This document shows, one piece after another, positions 24,101-36,100 of a DNA stretch of 64,000 bases. The position numbers were made by a program, and so were the translations under genes. The stretch lies in NCBI GenBank assembly GCA_965153285.1, contig OZ229114.1. The stretch is one strand, 5' to 3'. The number at the start of each line of letters is the position of its first letter. The first letter of the stretch is position 1. This DNA is from Podarcis tiliguerta (lineage: Eukaryota). The notes under the pieces are model-generated. The model was not told the origin of the DNA. It did no database searches and saw only the letters and a program-made list of their open reading frames with translations.

Positions 24101-27100
24101 CTTGCATTTGCTCATTGTTATACTGACCGGATGGTATCCAGAGCTTCCCGTTTGCTGACAAAAAAGCATCTGTCAGCAGAACAGGGAAGGAGATGATTTC
24201 TGGTCATTCTTCTTCCATTCTGCAGCCCCCTGCACACCCCAAAATTGGCTATTGAGAGTTTGGAGAGGTGTACCAGATCTTGAGAATCTGGACTACATGA
24301 ATAAACATTTTAAGCATTTTCTTGAATGTTAAAAATGTGTCCTATCCTGGATTTGTATTTTAGATATTTGTGTTGAAACTTACAGAATATGGAAATACAT
24401 TTTTGCAGCTTTCCTCTTTCTCTAGTTAAAGTTATAATTTGCAGTCACTTTGTCTAACAGATACAATTATCCATGAATGACAAAATTCTGAGGCTCGTTG
24501 ATTTATTACTATTAATCTTTATCACACCTAGCAGCCTTATGAAGTAGGTTATGCTTCAGGAATAGCTTCTTACTGAAGGCCCCCTGTTTGCTTTCTGTAT
24601 ATAGCTAATGAAGTGATCAGGATATCACAGCATATTCTTTCTTTACAGGAGGCATAGTAAAACTAGAATGTCTGCTCACACCTTGCATGCTGATACACCC
24701 AAACAGGTTAGTCTTGATATTAACCTGTTTTGAATTATCAGAAAGATTATGAAACTCAGCCTTTTCATTCTAAAGCATGAATGACGTCTGCATTTAAAAT
24801 TATATATATATTTTCAATCATTGCTCTGTTCAGCCTTGTCCAATTCTGGTAGTAATGTTAAATATGTGTGTACTGTTGAATCAACTTTGGAGTTTTTCAG
24901 TTTGTACAGGAAAACAATTTTTCCTGAGTGTTTGCCCGGGGAATTTTTAGCTTTTTTCTTTTGAATGGCAGAGCTCCGTGCCACATTGCAAACTGCATAT
25001 AAAACCTACTTGCAAAGGAAATTTGCTACATGGAATATATATGGGTGTGTGGGGGCACCATTCTAAAAGCATGAATCTTATTTTGGGCACATGGAACAGT
25101 GCAGTTCTTTGGATCCAGATCAATATTTGGTCCTAAATAATTCATATATCTTTATCAGCCAGGAGCTGTAGTTCATTATCAATATGATTTACCAGTGTAT
25201 AGAAAATAATTTTCCTTACTGTTGCAATAACAAAAACTTTTCTATAGATGCCATTTCAGAGTGTCAAGATTTCATGCATAATTACTGTTACAGTTAACAC
25301 AGTCATATAATGAATCAACTTTCTCTGGTCCCAAATCCAGAATTCTAAACCAACATAGTGCTCTCATGTAGACCTTAGGAGGAAGAGTTATCTGTAAGAA
25401 ACCCAGGGCCAGTTTTCTCCATTCATCTACTCCGAACATTATATCTGGAAAGCATCATTAGTCATACTATGAAGAGTTCATTCATCCTCAGTTTAATATA
25501 ATAAGGATACATCACCTCACAGTAATTCCCTCTGCCATTTTATAAAGACCAAACAGGGCCACTTCTACATAAAAGAATAAAGGAATGAATGCAAAACAGA
25601 CATGAAAAATCTAGAGAAACCAGTGAGTGATCAATACAATCTTCCCATGTCTAATAGTCACATACTGCATGTATCCTTCCATCATATCTGAAGAAATAGG
25701 CGTTCAAGGCTCAAGACTCAATGAAATGGTTACCTTTAAAAAGTTGGCACAATATGCTTTTTTCTAAAATTAATACAAATCATGGATGACTGAACACTTG
25801 AGCCAGATTTAAAATGCCATAGATAGAGCAGAGGGCACCGATTCACCCACCATTGTCATGTGGTAGTGTCTCTCACACTGAAAACGGGCAAGGATGAGTC
25901 CCACAGTCTTCACAGTCAAGTCATCTCGGTAAAATTCATGAACTTGTAAACATGTTTATCTGTCAGTTCAAGTGGACATGGTTAGATGTATCCTAAAACA
26001 GATTGTCTAATAGCTTCCTCTCTTGTTTTTCTCCTCAGAGTGCCTCATTTACAGATGGATTAAGAACCTCTGGGCCTAATGCATGTACATATGCCTCCTT
26101 TCATTCGGATAATGCGTTAGCCACAAACATTGCCAGCTTGCCCACTTTCACAGAGAGCAAGCCTTTATTTTTGGAGCCCAGAATATCCCATACAAGGAGC
26201 TTGGCCGCGGACGCAAATAGTGGGACATCAGAAGAAACTGGGAAGAAAGTGATACAGCAGCCTGGATCACCAGTACTCCAGTCATTCCAAGGTGTTGGGC
26301 TTTGTAAAGTTGCAGAAAACTGCACCCCCACTTGTACTGATGTTGAGAGTAGCTGTGGTTTAGGTGTAGCAGTAGAAGGTAGGATTACTTGTAAAAATGA
26401 CAATTACGTGGATGACTTTACCACAGGTATGGCCATTGCTGCTAAACAGCATCTGCCTCAAGGTAGGGGTGCCTCACTTGTAAAACTGGTTAGCTCCCAG
26501 CTTCAGGTTTCAGAAGAGTTCATTGATGATGATCCAGCAGAAATGTCCTTTTTTGCTGGAGGTTCTGAAGCATTTTCCTATTTGTATGATGGTTTAGATT
26601 TGCAGGAGTCAGATCTAACTAATTGTCTCTCAGAGTCACCTGCTTTAACTAAAGAAATTCTGCAAAGAAATATGATGTCTTCTCAGTCAAGTCCTGATAG
26701 GTGCTCCATAGAAGCAGTAGATATGAACATGGACCATGAGTTTGAATTTGAAGGAGAGAGTGATTTTAATGGGAATGAACAGCCTTCAGATACCTCAGAA
26801 TTATTTGAAGTTAAAGCTCAGGCAAGCAGAATGCAAAGTCTTCTGAGTCCTTCTGAAACTAGTTCATTAATTAACAACCGTTCTGAAAGTAGTTCTCTCA
26901 ACAATTTGACATTAAATGGTATGCCATTTTTGCACACTTATAGCTCTGCTAATCACTCTGAAGCTAGTTCAATGGTGAATTTTCCAGCATATTCAGTTCG
27001 CTCTGAGTCAAGTTCAGCTTTTCAGTTCACTGACATTATTGACCAGTTGGAACAGCTGAGCTATCCACCTACCACTACAGAAGACTCTAGTAGCACTGAT

Positions 27101-30100
27101 GACTCATGGGATTCAGAAACTGCAGCCCCATTAGACATAAACCTCTTTTTCAACAACCCCTTTGCTGAGGCTACTAGAGAGAATTTCACTCTTGATTTTC
27201 AGAATAATCTTAAGAATCTCACCCAGGAAGATAAAACAGAAGACACACACACAAGCCATTAATATTTTGGTTGATATTACGTAAATTTATGCTTTCAGGA
27301 ATCTGGTTTTGAAAGAGAAAAGATAATGTAGATTGTTTCTGACCTGGTTCATTCTAGTGATTGGATTTCAAATTTATGTCCTTTTTAAAAATCCTTATCC
27401 CAATTTTTCTCAAGCCATCATAAATTAGTTGCTACTTTGAAGTGTAGATGTCAGTGGTGCAGACTAGCCATTATAATTTTTCTAATGTATTGTACTATGC
27501 ATTTTTTATCACCCAGCAATTGTTTAAACCATCTGTGGTGAAGGTCACTGCATCACTGAATTTTGAACTTAGGTACACTTTGCAAATAACAGACCCTCTA
27601 CAAAGCATCGCTGCTGATGAGCAGTAAATGTCTTGAAAGGCCATTGGCATATTTTGTGCTTCCTTGTTGGTGCTTTGTTAGAAATTTAACACATTACTCT
27701 GCAGAAACAAGCCTATAACATGGATAGGGAACCTGTGGTCCTCCATATGCAGTTGGACTACAAATCACATCATGCATGGCTATTGGCCTTGGGAAATAGA
27801 GTGGAACAGCATCTGGAGGGCCACAGATTCCTCACCCCTGCTGTAACTTAACTGAATCAATATGAAAGGTTTGCTTGAGCTTTTATTTGAAGATGGTACT
27901 ACTTCAAGGAAATGATCTTATTATTGTTAGACTATGAATATACAAGTGGTATTGAAAGACTATATTATGGCAGTAAGAGAGTTGGCAAACCTGGTTCTCT
28001 CAGGTCTCCTGATAGACACTGAAGAATGTATTTAAGTTGCAAAGCAGGAAAGCAAACCTTGTACAGGAAATAAACTAAAATACTGTTAGGGCTATGTCTG
28101 AAAGGATTATATCTTGAGTTAATTAAATAGGCTTGTGTATCTTTCCATTATAATTTCCTAATTATGCCTGTGTGAAAGGGAAGATTGTGCAATAATCACC
28201 AGATTTTCTGTGGTGGTGGTGGTGGAGAACCAGGCACATCTGGTTTGTTTACTCTGTGATAATTGTGTTTTCACTGTGGATTTCCTATCATACTTTAAAA
28301 AACCACTTTCATAATCCTCCTGACCAAATTCTTATTAGACTGATTTTATCAGTGTGCAGCTCAGCATAATGGAGCGATTGCCTTCCGGCTGCCAATTAGT
28401 TTGCTTTTTGTTCTGAGTCTTTCCACATACAAGATTCACTTTCACTAGTAGTTTATCATACTTGTAGTATGGAGGGAAGGGAAGATGGCGACGGAGACAG
28501 CTGCCTAATCAGACTCCTCCGCTTTTAGTTAAGTTTTTAAGTAGTTTTTAAGTAGTTTTTACGTAGTTTTTAGCCACCTCTTGGTTTTAAACTCAGCTTT
28601 AACGTTTTATTAGCTGTTTTATTACCTCCTCGCTTCACTTCGCTTTTAGTTTATTGTTTTATTGTTTTACTCCCCAATTTGTCGAGGGAGCAGCAACCCC
28701 TCACTGATTTATTGGCATTTGGCTGTGGGAGGTTGCCTACTGCAACAAGACAATCAGGGAAACAGAGTGGAGGCCGCCGAGAGAAGCGGGCAGGAGTCTC
28801 TTCCAGTCCTATGTGGATATTCTGCAACCCACCCATTGAATTCCCCCACCGGCCAGATGAGTCAGCGCTTCGCAGATAAGGAATAACAAACGACGCCATC
28901 AATCTTGACCGCCGGAGCAGGAAGACTAGAAGGCAAGCGTTGGTTAAAATTACTCCTGGGCACTGGATCACCTCTGCGGTAGCTGTAGCCTGGAGACAGG
29001 GCCTGAGCGGAGTTTTAATACTCGGGGAAGGGAAAGTGCCAAGCCGAAGTTTTGGAGCCAGGTCAGGGGAGGACCAGAGGAGATTATAGGCCTGGGCGGG
29101 CAGTTGAACCCGACGGGCTTGAGGACCCAGCCTCCCTCTTGAGACGTCTTCTCCAGCTGCACTTCGTCATCCTAACAGCGAGAGTGGAAAGCTGTGAGGC
29201 TGTGAGGCTTCGGGTTGCTGGAATTACACTCTGAGAGGTGAAGAAGTCTTTTTGGCAGAGAGGGGTGAAGAGAGAGGAGACGGAAGTTTAAATTAAACAA
29301 AACAAAGCCTGGAAATTCACAAAGCACTCTTCAACGAACTGCGGAGAAATCCCTGTAGTTAAATACTCAGCTGTACAGCTAAATCATTGACTGTGGTAGG
29401 AAGTCCCCTTCTTCTCTTCTGTATTACTCACATTATTTAGCTCATATCTACTGTGGCTATGGGCAAGAGGAAACGCCTCAGAGAAGCAGAGGAATTACTG
29501 CTTCTCCCTAGCCCCAAGCTACAAGCTAAAGGAAGAAGAGATCAGCCAAATTTTCAAGCAGCAGTTACCACATACAATAGATTTCTTCCACTAAGTGACT
29601 TGGATGTAGCTAATAACATTCCCAAGTCCCAAAATACCACCTTACACAATTGTAACTTAACGAGCACTCCCAACAAGGGTGGGCCCGATGTGGATGGGGA
29701 AAAGATCCAGGATAAGGAGAACCAGCTGGGAAATGAGTCCTCCCATTTACAACTAGTCATTAGGACACTGGACTGCATATTTAAAAAGATAGACTTTCTG
29801 ACGTGCTCAATTTCCAAGCTAACGGAAAAAGTGATGGATATGGACGCCAAAATTGCCCTCAAAAATAACTACCAGAGGGGACCTCCAGTGATAGCCCCAT
29901 CAAACTCTGGGGCAAAGGGGATGAGAAAATACAAACTAAACGACCTCATGTGTAAGCAAAATCTAACATTGCAACCTAAGAAGGTGTGCCTAACGATAAG
30001 GTCTGAGATTTGGGACTGGTCAAGCTTGGAAGGAGCTAAAATTGCCCTAAGTAAAATCTTGAGAACAAGCATAGTTCATATTGATCTTCATGCCTTACTC

Positions 30101-33100
30101 CCGCTAACTCAATCAAATGGCCCTTACAAAGTTATTTTAGCCTTCCGTTCGCTGAGACTACCCTTATTAATAATAAGACAAAAATGGAAATTCATAAAAA
30201 CAAAAATCATACCCACAAGGGTTTTTGCGGACAGCATAGTAAAACCACTACTTGTGGAAAAAGAGAGAGAGACATTAGATCCAGGAACAAGCTCTACAAA
30301 ATCGCCAGACAAAGAGATGTTGCTTTCCCCACAGAGAACGGAGGAGATTGCCTGCAGTCCACATCCAGGAACGAACTTGGGTGATTCCAGAATATCTAAT
30401 GATGAAAGCGCCCTTATGAATTCATTTGACGAACTACAGTCACAAGAAAAAGAAAAAATAATAAATAAATTAGATAAACTAAGAGAGAAGATGTCTCAGG
30501 CCAAAAGCAAAATAGGAAACAAAGAAATTCAAACCAACAGTGCCATTGGAGGCTCAGTGGACCTTCTCAAATTTAGCCCACAGCCCCAAAATAGGCCCAT
30601 AAAATCCAAGGCAACGATACAGACAATCGTCTCGCCACCCCTATTAGTCAATCTGGAACCAGCTCTTCCGGCACCAGCCGGAATGGTCACACCTACTAAA
30701 GAACAGCAAAATGTAAACAAAATTTCGACACACTCCTCAATGCCTGACCTGGAGTCATCATTATCGGGCGGAGAATCTCTAGTTGACGATTTAGAAGCTC
30801 AAACCGCTATCGATATGGACTGGACAGAAGACCCCTTGGGCCATATAAATAAGATGACATACCCACGGAAGGGAAATCTAAGAATAGTTAAAACTTGTAC
30901 CGACTTAATCTCTGCTCCCCTAGGTGATAAGCTCTCTGATAAAACAAGGGATTTCAGAGAGGAGACCAGACCAAATCAGGACACTACCCCTATAGGACCG
31001 GCTGAGCAGAGCATAATTACAAATAGCTCAAGAGGTACATCTGCGCCAAAAGGAGAGAAGTCATCTACTATTAGTCAAAAGAAAATTACTGACTTCTTTA
31101 AATCTGACAACCCACCAAGGCCAGCGTTCTCCCCTTCTCTATTGTGACTACCCAAACCTCAGTCAAATCCTCCCCCGTTCTCCCTTTTAAGCTGGAATAT
31201 AGCAGGTTGGAAGGGGAAAAAATCTGACCCGGACTTTGTAAAACTAATAAACTCACACCAAGTAATTCTCTTGCAGGAAACATGGGAAGAGGGGAGAGTA
31301 GATATTAATGGTTTTGATGTTACATCATTACCGGCATGCCCGTCTACTAAAGGAGGCCGGCCCAGAGGAGGATTAGTTATAGCAATTTCTTTGAAAATAC
31401 AGGCAAAACTCACGCTTGTAAATGCTTCCACCTTTGCAATTACAGCCCTGATTACGGGGGAAAACTTTGAACTTGTTATAACAAATGTTTATCTTCCTCC
31501 TGGAGGCAATATTGCAGACTTATGCAATAAATGGGGAACCTTGGAGGAACATCTCACTTTTTGCCACTCCAAATACCCCAATATACCCAATGTTATAGCA
31601 GGGGACTTCAACGCTCGCATTGCAACAAACTGGGAGTCTTTAATCAAAGCCAAATGGTGGATAACCCCAGAATTCATTAATGACCTCTCCCTCCATAATC
31701 AAAGACTTTCCAAAGACAAAAGGGTAAATGAAGCGGGAACCCTTCTTTACCAATTGGTACTACGTCTAAACTTAGTGATTCTAAACGGGAACTGCCTGCC
31801 TGACGTACCGGGCGAGTTTACACACATAAGCTCCTCTGCAAACAGTGTCCTGGATTATATATTAGTATCTCATGACATATTCCCCAGAGTTTCCCATTTC
31901 AAAGTTGAAAATATTCATCTGAGCGACCACCTACCGTTGGTCGCCACAATGACTATAGACTGGACCCCAGATGGAAACAGACACCCAACACATCTGATTA
32001 TGAACTCAGTATTGCAAATCAAAAGTGTAAAGTGGTCCGAATTACAGGCCCAAAAATACTCAGCATATTTCCAACAAGGACTAAAACAAGCATATTCAGG
32101 CTTAACCGAGGATTATTATGATTATGACCAAACTTTAAGACTATTCTCGAATCTGTCGGAAGATCTAACGTCTTTTTTCTCTGTCCCGACGCATAAAATA
32201 AATCGAACACAAAGGAAGATAGGTGCATTGTGGTTCAATAGTGCTTGTAAACAGGCTAGACAACTTCTCGGTAACATCTACAAAGAGTATAAAGCCTCCG
32301 GGGCAACGGTCTTGCCAAAAGAATATTTCCAAGCAAAATCGGCCTACAAGCAAATTCAAAAGGGAGCCAGACAGGAATGGCAAGTGAATCAATGGCGAGC
32401 AATCATAGAAGCCTCATCATCACGGAACTCCAGACAATTTTGGCTCCTGGTAAATAAAAGAACTAAAAGATACCCTTTGACTATTATTCCTGCCCCGGTT
32501 TGGGAATCTTACTTAAAAAATTACTTTGCCACAACTGACTGTATTGCTAACACAAGAGATGAATTTCAACATCAGCTTCCCCTCTGGCCCCCCACCGATC
32601 CAGAAGACATCCATGACCTGATCGTTAAACTCAAAACAGGGAAAGCGCCTGGGCCAGACCTGATCCCGGCAGAAGCAATAAAATACCACGCGGACTGGTG
32701 GGCCAAAGTTCTGGCGACCATCTTCGATGCCGTTAACAACTCTGGAATGATCCCGGAAGTATGGAAGGACGCTGTTATCGTTCCAATCCACAAAAAGGGC
32801 TCACCAGATGACCCGGGGAATTACAGAAACATCAGTCTGCTCTCAATAGTGGGGAAACTGTATGCCCGCTTCCTGTTGAACAGACTTAACCAATGGGCCG
32901 AAGAGAAAAAATTAATTGGGCCCGAACAAGCTGGATTCCGCCCAAAACAGTCAACAATTAATCACATTCTAACTTTACAGCATCTTGCCTGGAAATACTC
33001 CACCCCAAAGGGTGGCCAACTCTGTGTAGCATTCATTGACCTAAAGGCAGCATTCGATAGTATCCCCAGGAGCATCCTCTGGGAAAAACTCATCCGCTGG

Positions 33101-36100
33101 GGCATTGACAGAAGGCTTCTCTGGCTAATAATCAAACTCCATGAGAACTCAGCGGCCAGAGTGAGATTCACCCCGGAGGGTGATCTCACGAATTCAATTC
33201 CCATTAACAGAGGTGTCCGACAGGGTTGTATATTGGCTCCACTCCTGTTCAATTTGTTCATAAGTGACATGAGGACTCCCCTAATAGAGGCCCAAGAAAG
33301 GATTCATGCACCCCGCCTAGCACTCTATCGCTGCCCCTTGTTACTATATGCGGATGACGCAGTCATTCTTTCTTTTTCTAGAGTAGGTCTCAGGAGGGCC
33401 CTAAAAATTTTTGGATCATACTGTAGCGCAAACTCCCTTACAATTAATTATGGAAAATCTAAGATCCTGATTTTCTCAAAGAGCCGGAAACTCCATAATT
33501 GGAGAATTGATGGGAGAGTCATCGAACAAGTCTATAGATTCCAATATTTGGGAGTTTGGTTACAACATAACCTCAGATGGAAGGCCCATGTAGCCTATGT
33601 TACAAATAGAGCCAAAGCTATCTCCTTGGCGATCTTGCGATTCTTCTTCACCGATGGGGCCCTTCATATCCCATCGGCGCTGAAAGTCTTCAAGGCCAAG
33701 GTGATCCCGACAATAGCTTATGCCATCTCAATCTGGGGGACCCTTGCCAACCTATCTCACCTGGAGGTCATTCAAAATCAGTTTTTAAGAGGGATATTGA
33801 AACTACCCAACTGTGTAAGTAATACAGCGTTACGCATGGAACTTAATATTGTATCCCTGGAAAATGCTCTGTGGAAGCACATACTCTGTCATTGGTTATC
33901 TCTATGGCACAATCTCCCAAACTTGTACTTGATACAATGTATGTGGAGAGATGATTTCCAGAGCCCATGGGTAAAAAATTTACAGCTGAAAATTACGGCA
34001 ATGGGAATTTCCCCATCCAAATTATTAGAGCAGGACATAGTCCCAGCTAAAAGAACAGTAACCTGTAAGCTAGAGGAGATGGACTTGCAGCAGAAAATGA
34101 TCTTGGGCAATGGTACCTGCTCACCTCTAAATCTTGGTTTATTACCCCTCTTAAGGCTCCCAAACTATTTGAATTCCTTAACTTCCTCAGCTCATAGATA
34201 TGCCTTTGTAAAGGCAAGATTCAACACCTTCCCATCGAACGTGCTGAGAAATAGATTCTCCAATGGACAGATATCGCTCTTATGTGATTGTAACAGTGGG
34301 GCACCGGAATCGTTGCATCACATAATTTTTGACTGTGCTTTTCACCTACCGGCCAGGAGCAAGTTTCTTGCTCAATATCTTAAGGGAATTGCCGATGACA
34401 CAATTGAAGCCAAACTGAGATATCTACTAATTGATGATGACCCCCTAAAATCACTCATGGTTGCCAGATTCCTGATCAGCGTCCTATCCCTAAAGAAGAG
34501 AAACGGTCTCCTGTGTGATTCGGACAACCCCTTTAAACCATGACCTATGTTTTAGGTGATATCACCATTGTTTTAAATCATGATCTATGTTTTGGGCGAT
34601 ATCACCATTGATACCCCTGATTAATTTATGAGTAGAGGGTGATGTATAGGTTACAAATTTATTGCAATGTATGGTGGTGGTTCCTGTTTTGTATGATGGT
34701 GGTTTTTGTTTTTGTTTTGCTTTGGTTACTGTTTGTCTTTTGTAAGCTTTGGCGATTTTAAATTTGGAGTTTTAAGTATAATATGTTGGTATGGGAAACT
34801 GTCGTGTAACGGGCCAATGGCCGTAATAAAGATCAATCCAATCTTGTAGTGATATGCTCCATGTGCCTGAAATGGTCAAATCAGCAAGAATTTATACTAG
34901 TTGTGGTAGTAGCACATTAAATCATACATATAGTAAACCCGCAACTTAACCCGGGGGTTATGTTCAAAGGATAGCGCCTGAAGCCAAATCACATAAAGGC
35001 AAAACACACTGGGTTCAAATGCGGGTGGGATTGCCAAAGTCTTTTCCCCAGGACATCCCATTTTTTAAAAAGTGGTGTTGTTGTTGTTTTGGCCAAACAC
35101 ATAAAGCTGGATGTGCACAAGTTGCTGGCTTACTGTACCATGGAATGCAATCTTTAGATGTCAGATTTTTTAAAAATCAAGACATCTCTGCCCCTCTACT
35201 TTTTCAGAGAAGTACCAGGACTCTGTAGGGCCAGGTTGTGCTTCATGTGGGTATGTGGAGAATATCTGCAAATATTCTATATTTATCTTTGATTTTAAGT
35301 ATTGCTAAGTAAAGCTATGTCGGTGATGCCATAAAGTTATATTACTAGATTAAAGGGTTTTTTCCCCACTTTTGCCAACCATAATTCAGAAAGGACTTTG
35401 CTTAAGATTTTAAAGTTAAGAATACATGCACCTTTGCTGATACAGACCAGGAGTTCTAAAATTAGATATTGGTCATGATCAGTGACTGGTGGTACATGCT
35501 GAGATTGTACATATAACTTCAGTTAGTAAATGGTAATGTGAGGTAATTGTATTTCTTCTCAGAAACAAATCTATGGAATCCACTTCTGAACTCTTGGCAC
35601 AGTACAGCTAATTTCCTGTTAAAGCTTCCTATTGAATAGATCAGTTCAGTTACTAAAATCAAACAACCTTTTCTTTTCCATTTGGAGCATTGCACAACAC
35701 CCATATTTTATTCAAAACCATCATAATTAAATACAAGATTGGTCAAATGCAGGTGCATTTTCTAGATGTGCCTGTTAACTTCCCCAGAGGCTTTTCTAGT
35801 AGCTGTTGTTCTTAAATATGTTGTATGTTTTGAAATTAAGTAAAATATTCAGGATTTGTTTGGATTCCATGCCCTTCTGTTTTGTAAGTACTTGTAGGGT
35901 ACTTCCCTATGAACATCTAACATTTTTTTAAAAAATAGTATTTTTTAACATCATAGTTTTTCTGTTTTAAACACATTAAATTGCCTTCATTCCCAATATG
36001 AGATTGTTCCTGAACTCTCAAACTTTTAGGTAAGTCTGAACCTGTTATTCATTCTTAGTGAAATATAGTTAAAAATAAATTTCACAATACCATACTCAGC

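Larger units (their letters stand above)
28469..34842 (+). mobile_element. Full-length intact LINE B (RTE-X-like), sense in FARP2 intron 13
   Basis: 8-bp TSD CTTGTAGT (28461-28468 / 34843-34850); two uninterrupted ORFs; 3' end GGCCAATGGCCGTAATAAA plus short CAATC-type tail. Confidence 0.92.

Noticed and set aside
6007-27262. Calling the FERM exons plus the large terminal ORF a separate FRMD7 gene
   Set aside because: FERM residues match FARP2 ([35 protein letters not shown]), and exon 13 splices in phase to downstream FARP2 DH-PH exons.
31145-31147. TGA as a random inactivating mutation in a single-ORF element, or as a selenocysteine codon
   Set aside because: The same TGA-CTA sits at the equivalent position in divergent LINE A, and both elements are otherwise intact. 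No SECIS was recognised and the position is a linker, not a catalytic site.
31271-31273. ORF-track start of LINE B ORF2 (MQETW)
   Set aside because: It is a TTG codon inside the endonuclease; the frame and the WNIAG motif extend upstream to 31148.
34540-34610. Direct repeat of about 31 bp at the start of the LINE B 3'UTR
   Set aside because: Simple local tandem duplication, not an LTR or TSD.
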